Positions 1 to 9,806 of a stretch of DNA of 64,000 nucleotides are shown one piece after another; position 1 is the first letter of the stretch, and the number at the start of each line of letters is the position of its first letter. The notes under the pieces were generated by a model, which had not been told where the DNA came from, did no database searches, and saw only the letters and a list, made by a program, of their open reading frames with translations. Both the position numbers and the translations under genes were made by a program. This stretch comes from an uncultured Actinomycetota bacterium (GTDB lineage: Bacteria > Actinomycetota > Actinomycetes > JAFAQI01), in NCBI GenBank assembly GCA_963770565.1, contig CAVYQE010000006.1, forward strand, positions 32,001 to 96,000, given 5' to 3'.

Positions 1-1101
1 GACGACGGTCCGGTCTACCACCGGCCGGTCGCGCGACCGGATGCCGACCAGGACACGGTGGTGGCCGCGAACTCGTCGAGCCTGCCGCGACCGTCGACCC
101 CGGCGGAGCTGCGCGAGACGGTGCTGCGGATGGTCGCCTCGCCCGAGCTGTGCTCGCGCCGATGGGTCACCGAGCAGTACGACCGCTACGTGCTCGGCGG
201 CACCGTGCTCGCGATGCCGAACGACGCCGGCGTGGTCCGGCTCGGTGACGAGACGGCGCGTGGCATCGCGCTCGCCCTTGACGGCAACGGCCGGTTCGCC
301 AAGCTCGACCCGTACGCCGGCGCGCAGCTCGCGCTGTCGGAGGCGTATCGCAACGTCGCGTGCACCGGCGCGACGCCGCTCGCGGTCACCGACTGCCTGA
401 ACTTCGGCTCGCCGGAGGATCCCGCGGTGATGTGGCAGTTCGCGGAGGCCACCCGCGGCCTTGCGGAAGGCTGCCGTGCCCTGGGTACGCCGGTCACCGG
501 CGGCAACGTCAGCTTCTACAACCAGACCGGCGCGACCGCGATCAACCCGACGCCGGTCATCGGCGTACTCGGGGTCATCGAGGACGTCGCGAGGCGGATC
601 CCGTCCAGCTTCGTTGCGGCCGGCCAGCACATCGTGCTGCTGGGTGAGACCGCCGATGAGCTCGACGGGTCGGCGTGGGCGTGGGTCGAGCACGGCCATC
701 TCGGCGGCCGGCCGCCGGCGGTGCGGCTCGCGGCCGAGCAAGCACTTGCCGACCTGCTGGCCCATACCGCCTCCCATCACCTGCTCAGCACCGCCCACGA
801 CCTGTCCGAGGGCGGACTCGCGCAGGCCCTGGTCGAGGCCGCACTGCACGACGGGATCGGCGCGACCGTCTCGGTCGCCGGCGACCTTTTCACCGCGTTG
901 TTCAGTGAGTCGGCGGCGCGCGCGATCGTGACGACCGACGACCCCGAGGCGATCCTCGAGCTGGCCGTCGATCTCGGCGTGCCGGTCATCCAGATCGGCA
1001 TCACCGGCGGCGACGCCCTGGTCGTCACCGATGCGTTCGAGATCTCGTTGTCGGAGCTGCGGTCGGCCTTCGAGGGCACGTTGCCGGCGCTGTTCGGCTA
1101 G
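1..1101 (+). CDS. purL: Phosphoribosylformylglycinamidine synthase subunit PurL, 5'-truncated by window edge
   Basis: Frame open from base 1; motifs [34 protein letters not shown]; purF/purM downstream. Confidence 0.96.
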   Translation, partial: DDGPVYHRPVARPDADQDTVVAANSSSLPRPSTPAELRETVLRMVASPELCSRRWVTEQYDRYVLGGTVLAMPNDAGVVRLGDETARGIALALDGNGRFAKLDPYAGAQLALSEAYRNVACTGATPLAVTDCLNFGSPEDPAVMWQFAEATRGLAEGCRALGTPVTGGNVSFYNQTGATAINPTPVIGVLGVIEDVARRIPSSFVAAGQHIVLLGETADELDGSAWAWVEHGHLGGRPPAVRLAAEQALADLLAHTASHHLLSTAHDLSEGGLAQALVEAALHDGIGATVSVAGDLFTALFSESAARAIVTTDDPEAILELAVDLGVPVIQIGITGGDALVVTDAFEISLSELRSAFEGTLPALFG

Positions 1102-1117
1102 ACCGATGGCTGGCTAG

Positions 1118-1897
1118 ATGGCGACGCCTTCAGATCTTCGTGCCGCCTACGCCGCGCAGCAGGCGGCGATCGTCGACTGGCTGCGACGGCTGCCGTCGAC
1201 CGCTGCTGATCAACCGTCCCGGCTGTCGGGGTGGACCGTGCAGCAGCTCGCCTTTCACACCACCGAGGTGCCGCGCGCGTTGACCGCGGCCCTGGGCGAG
1301 GCGCCTCCGGTCGAACGAGCGATGTCGATCAGTGCTTACACCGCACGGTGGCGGGAGTCCGCCGGCCAGATCGAGCAGCGTGATCGGGATGGCGCGGTCG
1401 GGCTCACGCTCACCGACATCGCCGACCGGCACGAGGCCGAAGGCGCCGCGATGATCGCCGCGCTCGATTCGGTGCCGGCGGATCGGGTGGTGGCCGCTCG
1501 CCGCGGCCCGATCCGGGCGATGGACATGCTGACCACGCGGGTCAACGAGCTCGTCGTACACAGCCTCGACCTCAGCGCGTCGATGCCGGATGTTGATGCG
1601 ATCGCGATCGACCCGAGAGCGCTCGGCATTTCCTGCCGGATGCTGGCCGCGATCCTGGCCGAGCGCGCACCAGGACGGTCGGTGGAGGTGCGGGTCCCGC
1701 CGTACGCCGCGGTGCAGTGTGTTGAGGGGCCGCGACACACCCGAGGTACGCCGGCCAACGTCGTCGAGATCAAGCCGATGACGTGGGTCGAGCTCGCGAC
1801 CGGGCGGCTGGAGTGGGCTGCGGCGCTCGCGGCCGGCGCCCTTCAGGTCAGCGGTGAGCGCGCCGACCTCAGCGCCTTGCTCCCCGTCCTCTCCTAA
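1118..1897 (+). CDS. Mycothiol-dependent maleylpyruvate isomerase (MDMPI/DinB-like) family protein with C-terminal SCP-like domain
   Basis: N-terminal SRLSGWTVQQLAFH, ELVVHSLDL, and C-terminal PGRSVEVRVPPYAAVQCVEGPRHTRGTP, typical of the gene between purL and purF in actinobacteria. Confidence 0.85.
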   Translation: MATPSDLRAAYAAQQAAIVDWLRRLPSTAADQPSRLSGWTVQQLAFHTTEVPRALTAALGEAPPVERAMSISAYTARWRESAGQIEQRDRDGAVGLTLTDIADRHEAEGAAMIAALDSVPADRVVAARRGPIRAMDMLTTRVNELVVHSLDLSASMPDVDAIAIDPRALGISCRMLAAILAERAPGRSVEVRVPPYAAVQCVEGPRHTRGTPANVVEIKPMTWVELATGRLEWAAALAAGALQVSGERADLSALLPVLS

Positions 1898-1904
1898 CCC
1901 CCCG

Positions 1905-1989
1905 CCAAGCAATGTCACATTGCCCAGCCAAACGCGGGGGTGGAGTCACATTGCGTGGCGAAGGCCACACGCAATGTGACATTGCTTGG
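1905..1989. repeat. Palindromic intergenic element (REP/MITE-like), copy 1
   Basis: Perfect 19-bp inverted repeat CCAAGCAATGTCACATTGC (1905-1923) / GCAATGTGACATTGCTTGG (1971-1989), with a degenerate middle copy at 1940-1954; related element at 17311-17392. Confidence 0.85.
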
Positions 1990-2053
1990 GAAGGGGCACC
2001 CGTATGCTGGGGGCTCGGTTTCCCCGACGTCGACGACGACAAGGAGCCTGTCG

Positions 2054-3616
2054 GTGGCGCTCGACGCATCCGACGACTACATCCCTGACGAGGCACCACC
2101 GCGAGACGCCTGTGGCGTCTTCGGCGTCTGGGCGCCCGGCGAAGAGGTGGCGAAGCTCACCTACTACGGGCTGTATGCGTTGCAGCATCGCGGTCAGGAG
2201 GCCGCGGGCATGGCGGTCTCCGACGGCACGGCCGTGGTCGTCTACAAGAACCTCGGCCTGGTCGCGCAGGTCTTCGACGAGCCGATCCTCGGCGCGCTCA
2301 CCGGACACATCGCGATCGGCCACACCCGCTATTCGACGACCGGCTCCTGCACCTGGGAGAACGCTCAGCCGTCGTACCGTCCGTCCGGTCATCGCGGCGG
2401 GATCGCACTCGGCCACAACGGCAACCTGACCAACACCGCCGAGCTCGCCGACCTGCTGGTCGACGGCGCTTTGGGCGACCGGCACTCCGAGGAGGCGCCG
2501 CAGTCGACCAGCGACTCCGACCTGATCACCGCGATGCTCGCCGGCCATCCCGACCTCTCGCTCGAGGCGGCCGCGATGGAGGTGCTGCCGAGGTTGCGCG
2601 GCGCGTTCTCGCTGGTGTTCATGGACGAGAACACGATCTACGCCGCCCGCGATCCGCACGGAGTCCGACCGCTGGTGCTCGGGCGGCTGGAGCGCGGCTG
2701 GGTGGTCGCGAGCGAGAGCGCGGCGCTCGACATCGTCGGGGCGTCGTTCGTCCGCGAGGTCGAGCCGGGCGAGCTGGTTGCGATCGACGAGCATGGCCTG
2801 CGCTCGCAGCACTACGCGGAGGCGACCCCGAAGGGCTGCCTGTTCGAGTACGTCTACCTGGCCCGGCCCGACACGTCGATCGCCGGTCGCTCAGTGCAGG
2901 AGACCAGGGTCGAGGTCGGCCGCCGGCTCGCGCGGCAACACCCGGCCGACGCCGACCTGGTGATCCCGGTGCCGGAGAGCGGCACGCCGGCCGCGGTCGG
3001 GTACGCCGAAGCCAGCGGCATCCCGTACGGCCTGGGCCTGGTCAAGAACGCGTACGTCGGCCGCACCTTCATCCAGCCGTCCAACACGATCCGGCAGCTC
3101 GGCATCCGGCTGAAGCTCAACCCGTTGCGGGCCACGATCGCCGGCAAGCGGCTGGTCGTGGTCGACGACTCGATCGTGCGCGGCAACACCCAGCGCGCGC
3201 TGGTGCGGATGCTGCGCGAGGCCGGCGCGCGCGAGGTGCACGTCCGGATCTCCTCCCCGCCGGTCCAGTGGCCGTGCTTCTACGGGATCGACTTCGCCTC
3301 GCGGGCCGAGCTGATCGCCAACGGGCTGAACGTCGACCAGGTGTGCGCCTCGATCGGTGCCGACTCGCTCGGCTACATCTCGCTCGACGAACTGGTCTCG
3401 GCGACGACGCTGCCGGCCGAGCGGTTGTGCACCGCCTGCTTCACCGGCGACTACCCGATCGAGCTGCCGGCGCCCGAGCTGCTCGGCAAGCACATGCTCG
3501 AGGGCATCTCGCGCGCGGTCGAGAGCGGCGCCGACGTCGACGAGCTCTCACCGGATTCCGACTTCGAGCCGATGCTCCCGGGTGTCGGCGCCGGTGACGC
3601 GCTTCAACGACCGTGA
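2054..3616 (+). CDS. purF: Amidophosphoribosyltransferase
   Basis: Propeptide then CGVFG, LQHRGQE, GHTRYST, PRPP motif VVVDDSIVRGNT, Fe-S cysteines; GTG start placed after AAGGAG at 2041. Confidence 0.97.
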   Translation: MALDASDDYIPDEAPPRDACGVFGVWAPGEEVAKLTYYGLYALQHRGQEAAGMAVSDGTAVVVYKNLGLVAQVFDEPILGALTGHIAIGHTRYSTTGSCTWENAQPSYRPSGHRGGIALGHNGNLTNTAELADLLVDGALGDRHSEEAPQSTSDSDLITAMLAGHPDLSLEAAAMEVLPRLRGAFSLVFMDENTIYAARDPHGVRPLVLGRLERGWVVASESAALDIVGASFVREVEPGELVAIDEHGLRSQHYAEATPKGCLFEYVYLARPDTSIAGRSVQETRVEVGRRLARQHPADADLVIPVPESGTPAAVGYAEASGIPYGLGLVKNAYVGRTFIQPSNTIRQLGIRLKLNPLRATIAGKRLVVVDDSIVRGNTQRALVRMLREAGAREVHVRISSPPVQWPCFYGIDFASRAELIANGLNVDQVCASIGADSLGYISLDELVSATTLPAERLCTACFTGDYPIELPAPELLGKHMLEGISRAVESGADVDELSPDSDFEPMLPGVGAGDALQRP

Positions 3617-4617
3617 CCGAACCGGTCGAGGGTGCAGCGACGTACGCCGCGGCCGGGGTCGACATCGAGGCCGGCGAGCTGGCCGTCGACCTGATCAAGT
3701 CGCGGCTGCGGTCGACCAGGCCTGAGGTGGTCGGCGGCCTCGGTGGTTTCGCCGGGCTGTTCCGGATCGATGCCGACCGGCTGCTCGCCACCTCGACCGA
3801 CGGAGTCGGCACGAAGGTCGCGATCGCCCAGGCGATGGACCGGCACGACACGATCGGCCAGGACCTGGTCGGAATGGTGGTCGACGACATCGTGGTCTGT
3901 GGTGCCGAGCCGCTGTTCATGACCGACTACATCGCCTGCGGCCGAGTGGTTCCCGAGCGGATCGCCGACCTGGTCGCCGGCATCGACGCCGGGTGCGTCC
4001 TGGCCGGCTGCGCACTGATCGGCGGCGAGACCGCCGAGCACCCGGGTCTGCTCGACCCGGACGCCTACGACCTGGCGGGCGCGGCGACCGGCGTCGTGCG
4101 GGCCGACTCCGTGCTCGGCCCGGATCGGGTGCGGGCCGGCGACGTCGTGGTGGCGATGGCCTCGAGCGGCCTGCACGCCAACGGCTACTCGCTGGCCCGG
4201 CACGTTCTGCTCACGGTCAACCGGATCTCGCTGGACTCGATCGCCGACCTCGGCGAGCCGCTCGGCGAGGTGCTGCTCACCCCGACCCGGATCTACGCCA
4301 AGGACTGCCTCGCGCTCGCCGCAGCGCTCGAGGTCCACGCGTTCGCGCACGTCACCGGCGGAGGGCTGTCGGCCAACCTGGATCGAGTGCTCCCGCCGAG
4401 CCTCTCAGCCGCGATCGACCGTACGACGTGGACGCCGGCGCCGATCTTCGCGCTGATCGCCGATCGCGGTTCGGTCGCCGAGCCGGAGATGGAGCGCACC
4501 TTCAACCTCGGCGTCGGGATGGTCGCCGTCGTACCAGCGGAGGCTGCCGACGCCGCGGTCACGCACCTCACCGACCGAGGCGTACCGGCCTGGATCGCCG
4601 GCGAAATCAGAAGTTGA
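3613..4617 (+). CDS. purM: Phosphoribosylformylglycinamidine cyclo-ligase (AIR synthetase)
   Basis: YAAAGVDI, TDGVGTK, GGETAEHPG, SSGLHANGYSL, HVTGGG, TFNLGVGM; overlaps the purF stop (GTGA). Confidence 0.97.
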   Translation: MTEPVEGAATYAAAGVDIEAGELAVDLIKSRLRSTRPEVVGGLGGFAGLFRIDADRLLATSTDGVGTKVAIAQAMDRHDTIGQDLVGMVVDDIVVCGAEPLFMTDYIACGRVVPERIADLVAGIDAGCVLAGCALIGGETAEHPGLLDPDAYDLAGAATGVVRADSVLGPDRVRAGDVVVAMASSGLHANGYSLARHVLLTVNRISLDSIADLGEPLGEVLLTPTRIYAKDCLALAAALEVHAFAHVTGGGLSANLDRVLPPSLSAAIDRTTWTPAPIFALIADRGSVAEPEMERTFNLGVGMVAVVPAEAADAAVTHLTDRGVPAWIAGEIRS

Positions 4618-4674
4618 TCATGGCAAAGCGAGCGATCTTCGTCGCGAAATCCGCGCTTTTCGCCATGATCAACT
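4612..4674. repeat. 63-bp hairpin element upstream of the DUF559-like gene
   Basis: Arms AGTTGATCATGGC / GCCATGATCAACT; overlaps the purM stop codon. Confidence 0.85.
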
Positions 4675-4737
4675 GATTCGGGCGGGCAGCTGTGGACGGC
4701 GGCGCGACTGCCGCCGGTCGCGCGGCATTCTCGTCCG

Positions 4738-5616
4738 ATGCAGCGTCCGCGGCCCTCGCCGCTCACCGGGCCGTTCACCGCGCGCCAAGCCGAACGCGTC
4801 GGCCTGACCCGCCACGCCCTCCGGAGCTCGGCGTGGCGCCCGGTCACCCGCGGCGTCTGGATCGCAGCGAGCGAGATCATCGATCGGAGCGTCTGGGTCG
4901 ACGCGGCTCGCCTGGTCCTGCCGGTCGACGCCGTCCTGTGCGGTCCATCGGCTGCGGTCGACTACGGCGTCGATGTTCGCGCCGCTGACGATCTGCTCGT
5001 TCATGCCGCCTTCGACGGTCAGGTCCCTCGCCGTCGGCCGGGAATGGTGCTGCGGCAGGTCGAACTCCGGCCTGAGGAGGTGGTGGTTCGGGCCCGCTGG
5101 CTAACGACCACCGAGCTGCGAACCGCGTTCGACTGTGCGCGCTGGTTGCCGCTCGTCGATGCCGTGGTCCTGGTCGACGCGATGGCCCACGCCGGGCTCA
5201 TCGACGTCGCCGAGCTGAAGCAGTTCGCGCTCGATCACCCGCGCGTTCGTGGGCTGTGGCAGGTCGTCCGGGTGGCCGACCTCGCCGATCCGCTGGCCGA
5301 GTCGCCGATGGAGACGCGGCAGCGGTTGGTGCTCGTCTTTGCCGGGCTGCCGCGCCCGGTGAGCCAGTTGAACGTGTACGACGCCGCCGGCCGATTCGTC
5401 GCCCGACTCGACCTTGCGTATGAGGCCGAAAAGGTTGCCGTGGAGTACGACGGCGCCCACCACTGGACCGAGCGTCGCCACGACGACCGACGCCGCGACG
5501 CGTTGCGCGCGCTCGGATGGACCGTCCTCGTGTTCAGCGCCGACGACGTCTACCGAACGCCGTGGCTCGTGGCGGCTAAGGTCGAGGCCGCGCTGGCCGC
5601 CGCGCGCCGGCGTTGA
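4738..5616 (+). CDS. AbiEi-like / DUF559 (Vsr-like PD-(D/E)xK endonuclease) family protein
   Basis: TTELRTAFDCAR, AESPMET, ARLDLAY..KVAVEYDGAHH, DDRRRDALRALGWTVL are hallmark motifs of actinobacterial DUF559 proteins. Confidence 0.85.
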   Translation: MQRPRPSPLTGPFTARQAERVGLTRHALRSSAWRPVTRGVWIAASEIIDRSVWVDAARLVLPVDAVLCGPSAAVDYGVDVRAADDLLVHAAFDGQVPRRRPGMVLRQVELRPEEVVVRARWLTTTELRTAFDCARWLPLVDAVVLVDAMAHAGLIDVAELKQFALDHPRVRGLWQVVRVADLADPLAESPMETRQRLVLVFAGLPRPVSQLNVYDAAGRFVARLDLAYEAEKVAVEYDGAHHWTERRHDDRRRDALRALGWTVLVFSADDVYRTPWLVAAKVEAALAAARRR

Positions 5617-5630
5617 TCGCCGCCCGCCAG

Positions 5631-5693
5631 AGTTGATCATGGCGTTATGCGCGAAAAAACGCCGTCAAACTGCGCATTTCGCCATGATCAACT
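5631..5693. repeat. 63-bp hairpin element downstream of the DUF559-like gene
   Basis: Arms AGTTGATCATGGCG / CGCCATGATCAACT; same arms and length as 4612-4674 but a different interior. Confidence 0.85.
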
Positions 5694-5700
5694 TGGCGCG

Positions 5701-5904
5701 TCAGTCAGCGCCGGTGTCAGTTTCAGCGTCGTCGTACTCGTCGGTGTCGGTGTCGGTTTCGTCCGACGGCGTGCTGCTGACGTAGGAGCTGCCGCGCTCG
5801 GCGGCGAGCTCCTCTTGCAGTCGATCGAGATCAGTGCCGCCGCTGGAGTACTTCAGCTGGCGGGCGACCTTCGTCTGCTTGGCCTTGGCCCGGCCGCGCC
5901 CCAT
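5701..5904 (-). CDS. DUF3073 family protein
   Basis: MGRGRAKAKQTKVARQLKYSSGGTDLDRLQEEL with an acidic tail; usual neighbour of purM. Confidence 0.92.
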   Translation of the reverse strand: MGRGRAKAKQTKVARQLKYSSGGTDLDRLQEELAAERGSSYVSSTPSDETDTDTDEYDDAETDTGAD

Positions 5905-6008
5905 GTGGCTCGACCCCCTCGTGCGCCGGGCCGACCCGGTGCGATTCGGACGTGTTCGACTAGGAGGATCCGGCGAGGCCGAATCCCCTTCAGGATAACG
6001 CCCCCGGG

Positions 6009-7079
6009 CTACCGATGGGGAAGCCAGACCCGTCGCAGCGCCCCGATCTGCTCCATCCGCCGCTCGGCCAGCCGGTCGGCCGCGACCGACGGCGGCACGC
6101 CCTCGGCGGCCGCGAGGGAGAAGATTCGCAGCGTGGTGTCGTAGATCCCGGTCGCCTTGGCCCGCGCCCTCGCCTCGCTGTAACCCTCGATCTCGTCCGC
6201 GACCTGGATCAGGCCGCCCGAGTTGACCACGTAGTCCGGCGCGTAGAGCACGCCGCGCTGCTCCAGCACCTTCTCGATCCCGGGGTGGGCGAGCTGGTTG
6301 TTGGCCGCTCCGCACACCACCCGGGCCAGCAGCTTGGGCACGGTCTCGTCCGAGAGCGCCGCACCCAGCGCGCACGGCGCATACACGTCCATCGGCTCGC
6401 TGACCAGCGCATCCGGCGCGACCGCGTCGACTTCCGGGTGGATCAGCCTGACCCGGTCGACCGCGTCGGCTGCAACGTCGGTGACCACGACTTCGGCGCC
6501 GTCCTCGAGCAGGTGCTCGACCAGGTGATGCCCGACCTTGCCGACCCCGGAGATGCCGACCCGCCGCCCCCGCAACGTCGGCGATCCCCACGCGACCTCC
6601 GCCGCGGCCCGCATGCCCTGAAAGACGCCGTACGCCGTCAAGATCGACGAGTCGCCGGCCCCGCCGTGGGCCGGCGAGCGACCGGTCACGAAGGTGCACT
6701 CCCGGGCGATGACGTCCATGTCCTCGACGTAGGTCCCGACGTCGCAGGCGGTGTAGTACCGACCGCCGATCGCTTGTACGAACCGGCCGTAGGCGCGCAG
6801 CAGCGCCTCGGACTTGTCGACCGCGGGGTCACCGATGATCACCGCCTTGCCGCCGCCGAGATCGAGCCCGGCGCACGCGGCTTTGTAGGCCATCGCCTTC
6901 GACAGGTTCAGGACGTCGGCCAGCGCGTCGGCCTCGCTGGCGTACGGGTAGAAGCGGGTGCCGCCGAGGGCAGGCCCGAGTGCAGTCGAGTAGATCGCGA
7001 TGATCGCGCGCAGCCCGCTGGCCGGGTCGTTGCAGAAGACGACCTGCTCGTGCGAGGCGCCGGATTCGAAGACGCTCAC
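6009..7079 (-). CDS. Glu/Leu/Phe/Val dehydrogenase (valine/leucine dehydrogenase type)
   Basis: [47 protein letters not shown]. Confidence 0.93.
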   Translation of the reverse strand: MSVFESGASHEQVVFCNDPASGLRAIIAIYSTALGPALGGTRFYPYASEADALADVLNLSKAMAYKAACAGLDLGGGKAVIIGDPAVDKSEALLRAYGRFVQAIGGRYYTACDVGTYVEDMDVIARECTFVTGRSPAHGGAGDSSILTAYGVFQGMRAAAEVAWGSPTLRGRRVGISGVGKVGHHLVEHLLEDGAEVVVTDVAADAVDRVRLIHPEVDAVAPDALVSEPMDVYAPCALGAALSDETVPKLLARVVCGAANNQLAHPGIEKVLEQRGVLYAPDYVVNSGGLIQVADEIEGYSEARARAKATGIYDTTLRIFSLAAAEGVPPSVAADRLAERRMEQIGALRRVWLPHR

Positions 7080-7132
7080 CCTCGCAGGTTAGACCGTGTC
7101 CCCAGGGCCGGACTGCGTGACAGGATGATGTC

Positions 7133-7990
7133 GTGACCGGGTACGCCGCGCACCTTCGGGTCTACGAGCCGATGTCCGGCCTGCCCGAGGCGGAGCAGGC
7201 GAGGTGGCAGGAGTACGTCAAGCAGGGCGACATCCCGAGCCGCCCGGTCCAGATGGCCCGCGAGCACGAGGTGGCGCTGTCCGCCGTACTGTCCGTGCCG
7301 CCCCGATTCGATCTCTCCGACGGGGTCGAGCACGCCTACGTCCGGCATCTCGACGGCCTGACCTACGTCTGCCCGTGGCGGTTGCAACTGCGGGCGTGGG
7401 ACGCGCTCGACAGCTTCCGTTCGCAGCTGCCCGACGAGCTGCAGGACGCCTTCTTCCCGCCCGCGCTCACCGCCGAGGCGGATCTGGCTCGCGACGCCTG
7501 GGTGGCCCGCCACCCCGAGGTCAAGGCCGGGATCCTGACCTCGACCTGGCAGGTGCCGGTCGCCTGGTTCACCGTCTTCGAGGCCTCCGAGCGCCGCCTC
7601 GTCCTCGGCGACCGTCGCGCGGCCAGTGGCACCGCGGGCGGCCTCGACCGGGCGATGATCTACCTGACCGCGATGTCGCGGGCCCGCCGGCGGGTGGCCC
7701 AGGCGCTGCGGATCGTCCGGAAGGTCTTCGACGAGGGCCCGGCGACGCTCGCGATCGAGGACGTCGGGCGCTGGCTGGAGGACTTCCACCCGCACTCCCT
7801 CGTCGAGCTCGACTACGGCGGGCTGGTGCACCTGTTCGACGACGAGGCGTTGTCCGCGGACGCCTCGGTGGCCGAGGTCGGCGAGTCGCTCGAGCGCCTT
7901 GCGGTCGGCGATGTCCAGGCCGCGGGGGAGTGCTACGAGAAGGTCATCGGGCGCTGGCGGGCGATCGCGGCCCTTGAGCACGCAAACTAA
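7133..7990 (+). CDS. Conserved actinobacterial hypothetical protein (bldC neighbour)
   Basis: YAAHLRVYEP, TYVCPW, WQVPVAWF, WLEDFHPHSLVELDYGGL; good codon bias; conserved position. Confidence 0.8.
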   Translation: MTGYAAHLRVYEPMSGLPEAEQARWQEYVKQGDIPSRPVQMAREHEVALSAVLSVPPRFDLSDGVEHAYVRHLDGLTYVCPWRLQLRAWDALDSFRSQLPDELQDAFFPPALTAEADLARDAWVARHPEVKAGILTSTWQVPVAWFTVFEASERRLVLGDRRAASGTAGGLDRAMIYLTAMSRARRRVAQALRIVRKVFDEGPATLAIEDVGRWLEDFHPHSLVELDYGGLVHLFDDEALSADASVAEVGESLERLAVGDVQAAGECYEKVIGRWRAIAALEHAN

Positions 7991-8171
7991 CGGCGTCGGC
8001 GGTACGCCGTAGGAGTGAACGGGGGATGGATCAAAATTCAGCATTAATCGGATGAAAAACCGATAAACCGTACTAGTCAACCGATGCCCAAAGATGGTTC
8101 GGATGGGCCATACCGGACATGCTGCCGAATCTGCACTATGGGAGCCCTGATCGGCCGTACAAACGGTCGCC

Positions 8172-8393
8172 ATGACGGGAGTCCTGATGAGCACTCGCAC
8201 CGCTGATGCCGAGCCGCTGCTCACCCCCGCCGAAGTCGCCACCATGTTCCGGGTGGACCCGAAGACCGTCACTCGCTGGGCCAAGGCCGGCAAGCTGACC
8301 TCGATCCGCACTCTCGGCGGCCACCGCCGCTACCGCGAGGCGGAGGTGCGCTCGCTGCTCGCCGGCGTGCCTCAGCAGCCGCGCGCCACCTGA
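8172..8393 (+). CDS. bldC: BldC family MerR-like transcriptional regulator
   Basis: LLTPAEVATMFRVDPKTVTRWAKAGKLTSIRTLGGHRRYREAEVR is the BldC signature; alternative start at 8187. Confidence 0.95.
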   Translation: MTGVLMSTRTADAEPLLTPAEVATMFRVDPKTVTRWAKAGKLTSIRTLGGHRRYREAEVRSLLAGVPQQPRAT

Positions 8394-8413
8394 GTCGCAA
8401 CCGCAGTCACTGA

Positions 8414-8446
8414 CGCCCCGGGCCGGTGACCGGCCGGGGCGGCTTT
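8414..8446 (+). terminator. Probable intrinsic terminator after bldC
   Basis: GC-rich hairpin CGCCCCGGGCCGG-TGA-CCGGCCGGGGCG followed by a short T run. Confidence 0.55.
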
Positions 8447-8514
8447 GTATGCGCCGCGCGCCGACGCGCCCAAATCGACGCGACCTGCCGCCAGTCGCCA
8501 CGTACATTCGATTC

Positions 8515-9726
8515 ATGGACATTCGCCAGTCCGACAAGCTCAAGGACGTCGCGTACGACGTACGCGGGCCGCTGCTCGACGAGGCGGCGCGGATGGAGGA
8601 CGAGGGCTTCCGGATCCTCAAGCTGAACATCGGCAACCCGGCCCCGTTCGGTTTCGAGGCGCCGGAGGAGATCCTCCACGCGGTGATCCACAACCTGCCG
8701 ACCGCGCAGGGCTACAGCGATTCGAAGGGGTTGTTCTCGGCCCGGACCGCGGTCGAGCAGTACTACCAGCTGCACGGCCTGGAATCGATCGGGGTCGACG
8801 ACATCTACCTGGGCAACGGGGTCAGCGAGCTGATCTCGATGACCCTGCAGGCGCTGCTCAACGACGGCGACGAGGTGCTGATCCCCGCGCCCGACTATCC
8901 GCTGTGGACCGCGGTCACCAGCCTGTGCGGCGGCCGGGCGGTCCACTACCGCTGCGACGAGCGGGCCGACTGGCTCCCCGACCTGGACGACCTCGCGGCC
9001 AAGGTCAGCGATCGGACCCGGGCGCTGGTGGTCATCAACCCCAACAACCCGACCGGTGCGGTCTATCCGAGGCCGATGCTCGAGGCGCTGGTGGAGTTCG
9101 CCCGGCAGCACGACCTGGTCGTCTTCGCCGACGAGATCTACGACAAGATCCTGTACGACGACGCCACTCACACCGTGATGGCCTCGCTCGCCCCCGACGT
9201 CCTGTGCCTGACCTTCAGCGGCCTGTCGAAGTCGTACCGGGTCGCGGGCTTTCGGGCCGGGTGGGTGGTGGTGAGCGGGCCGAAGCAGCATGCCCAGAGC
9301 TACATCGCCGGGCTGTCCGTGCTCGCGAACATGCGGCTGTGCCCGAACGTGCCCTCGCAGCACGCGATCCAGCCGGCGCTCGGCGGGCACCAGAGCATCA
9401 ACGACCTGGTGCTGCCCGGCGGGCGATTGCTGGCCCAGCGCGACCTGGCCTGGGAGATGTTGAACGCGATCCCCGGGGTGAGCTGCACCAAGCCCAAGGG
9501 CGCGCTCTACGCGTTCCCCCGGCTCGATCCGGCGGTTTACCCGATCGTGGACGACGAGCGGATGGCGCTCGATCTGCTGAAGTCAGAGAAGATCCTGGTC
9601 ACACACGGGCGCGGCTTCAACTGGCCGGACCCCGACCACCTGCGGATCGTGACCCTGCCCGCCGTCGACGTCCTCGAGGACGCGATCGGGCGTTTCGGGC
9701 GGTTCCTGGAGACGTATCGCCAGTAG
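8515..9726 (+). CDS. alaA: Class I PLP-dependent aminotransferase (AlaA/AlaT type)
   Basis: QSDKLKDVAYDVRGP, ILKLNIGNPAPFGF, INPNNPTGAVY, DEIYD, GLSKSYRVAGFRAGW; TACATT just upstream of the ATG suggests a leaderless start. Confidence 0.9.
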   Translation: MDIRQSDKLKDVAYDVRGPLLDEAARMEDEGFRILKLNIGNPAPFGFEAPEEILHAVIHNLPTAQGYSDSKGLFSARTAVEQYYQLHGLESIGVDDIYLGNGVSELISMTLQALLNDGDEVLIPAPDYPLWTAVTSLCGGRAVHYRCDERADWLPDLDDLAAKVSDRTRALVVINPNNPTGAVYPRPMLEALVEFARQHDLVVFADEIYDKILYDDATHTVMASLAPDVLCLTFSGLSKSYRVAGFRAGWVVVSGPKQHAQSYIAGLSVLANMRLCPNVPSQHAIQPALGGHQSINDLVLPGGRLLAQRDLAWEMLNAIPGVSCTKPKGALYAFPRLDPAVYPIVDDERMALDLLKSEKILVTHGRGFNWPDPDHLRIVTLPAVDVLEDAIGRFGRFLETYRQ

Positions 9727-9806
9727 GTCCAGGGCTACTTGATCCACAGAGCCACCTGATCCATTTGGGCCATTTAGCGTCATCAACCTCCGTCGACAAA
9801 TCGAAG

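Noticed and set aside
1940-2053. N-terminal extension of PurF, or a purine riboswitch
   Set aside because: The extension runs through the palindromic repeat, the RBS points to GTG 2054, and no riboswitch consensus was recognised.
8445-9806. 1113-aa GGDEF-EAL protein with a long N-terminal extension
   Set aside because: The extension is an off-frame shadow of alaA; the real gene starts near 9807.
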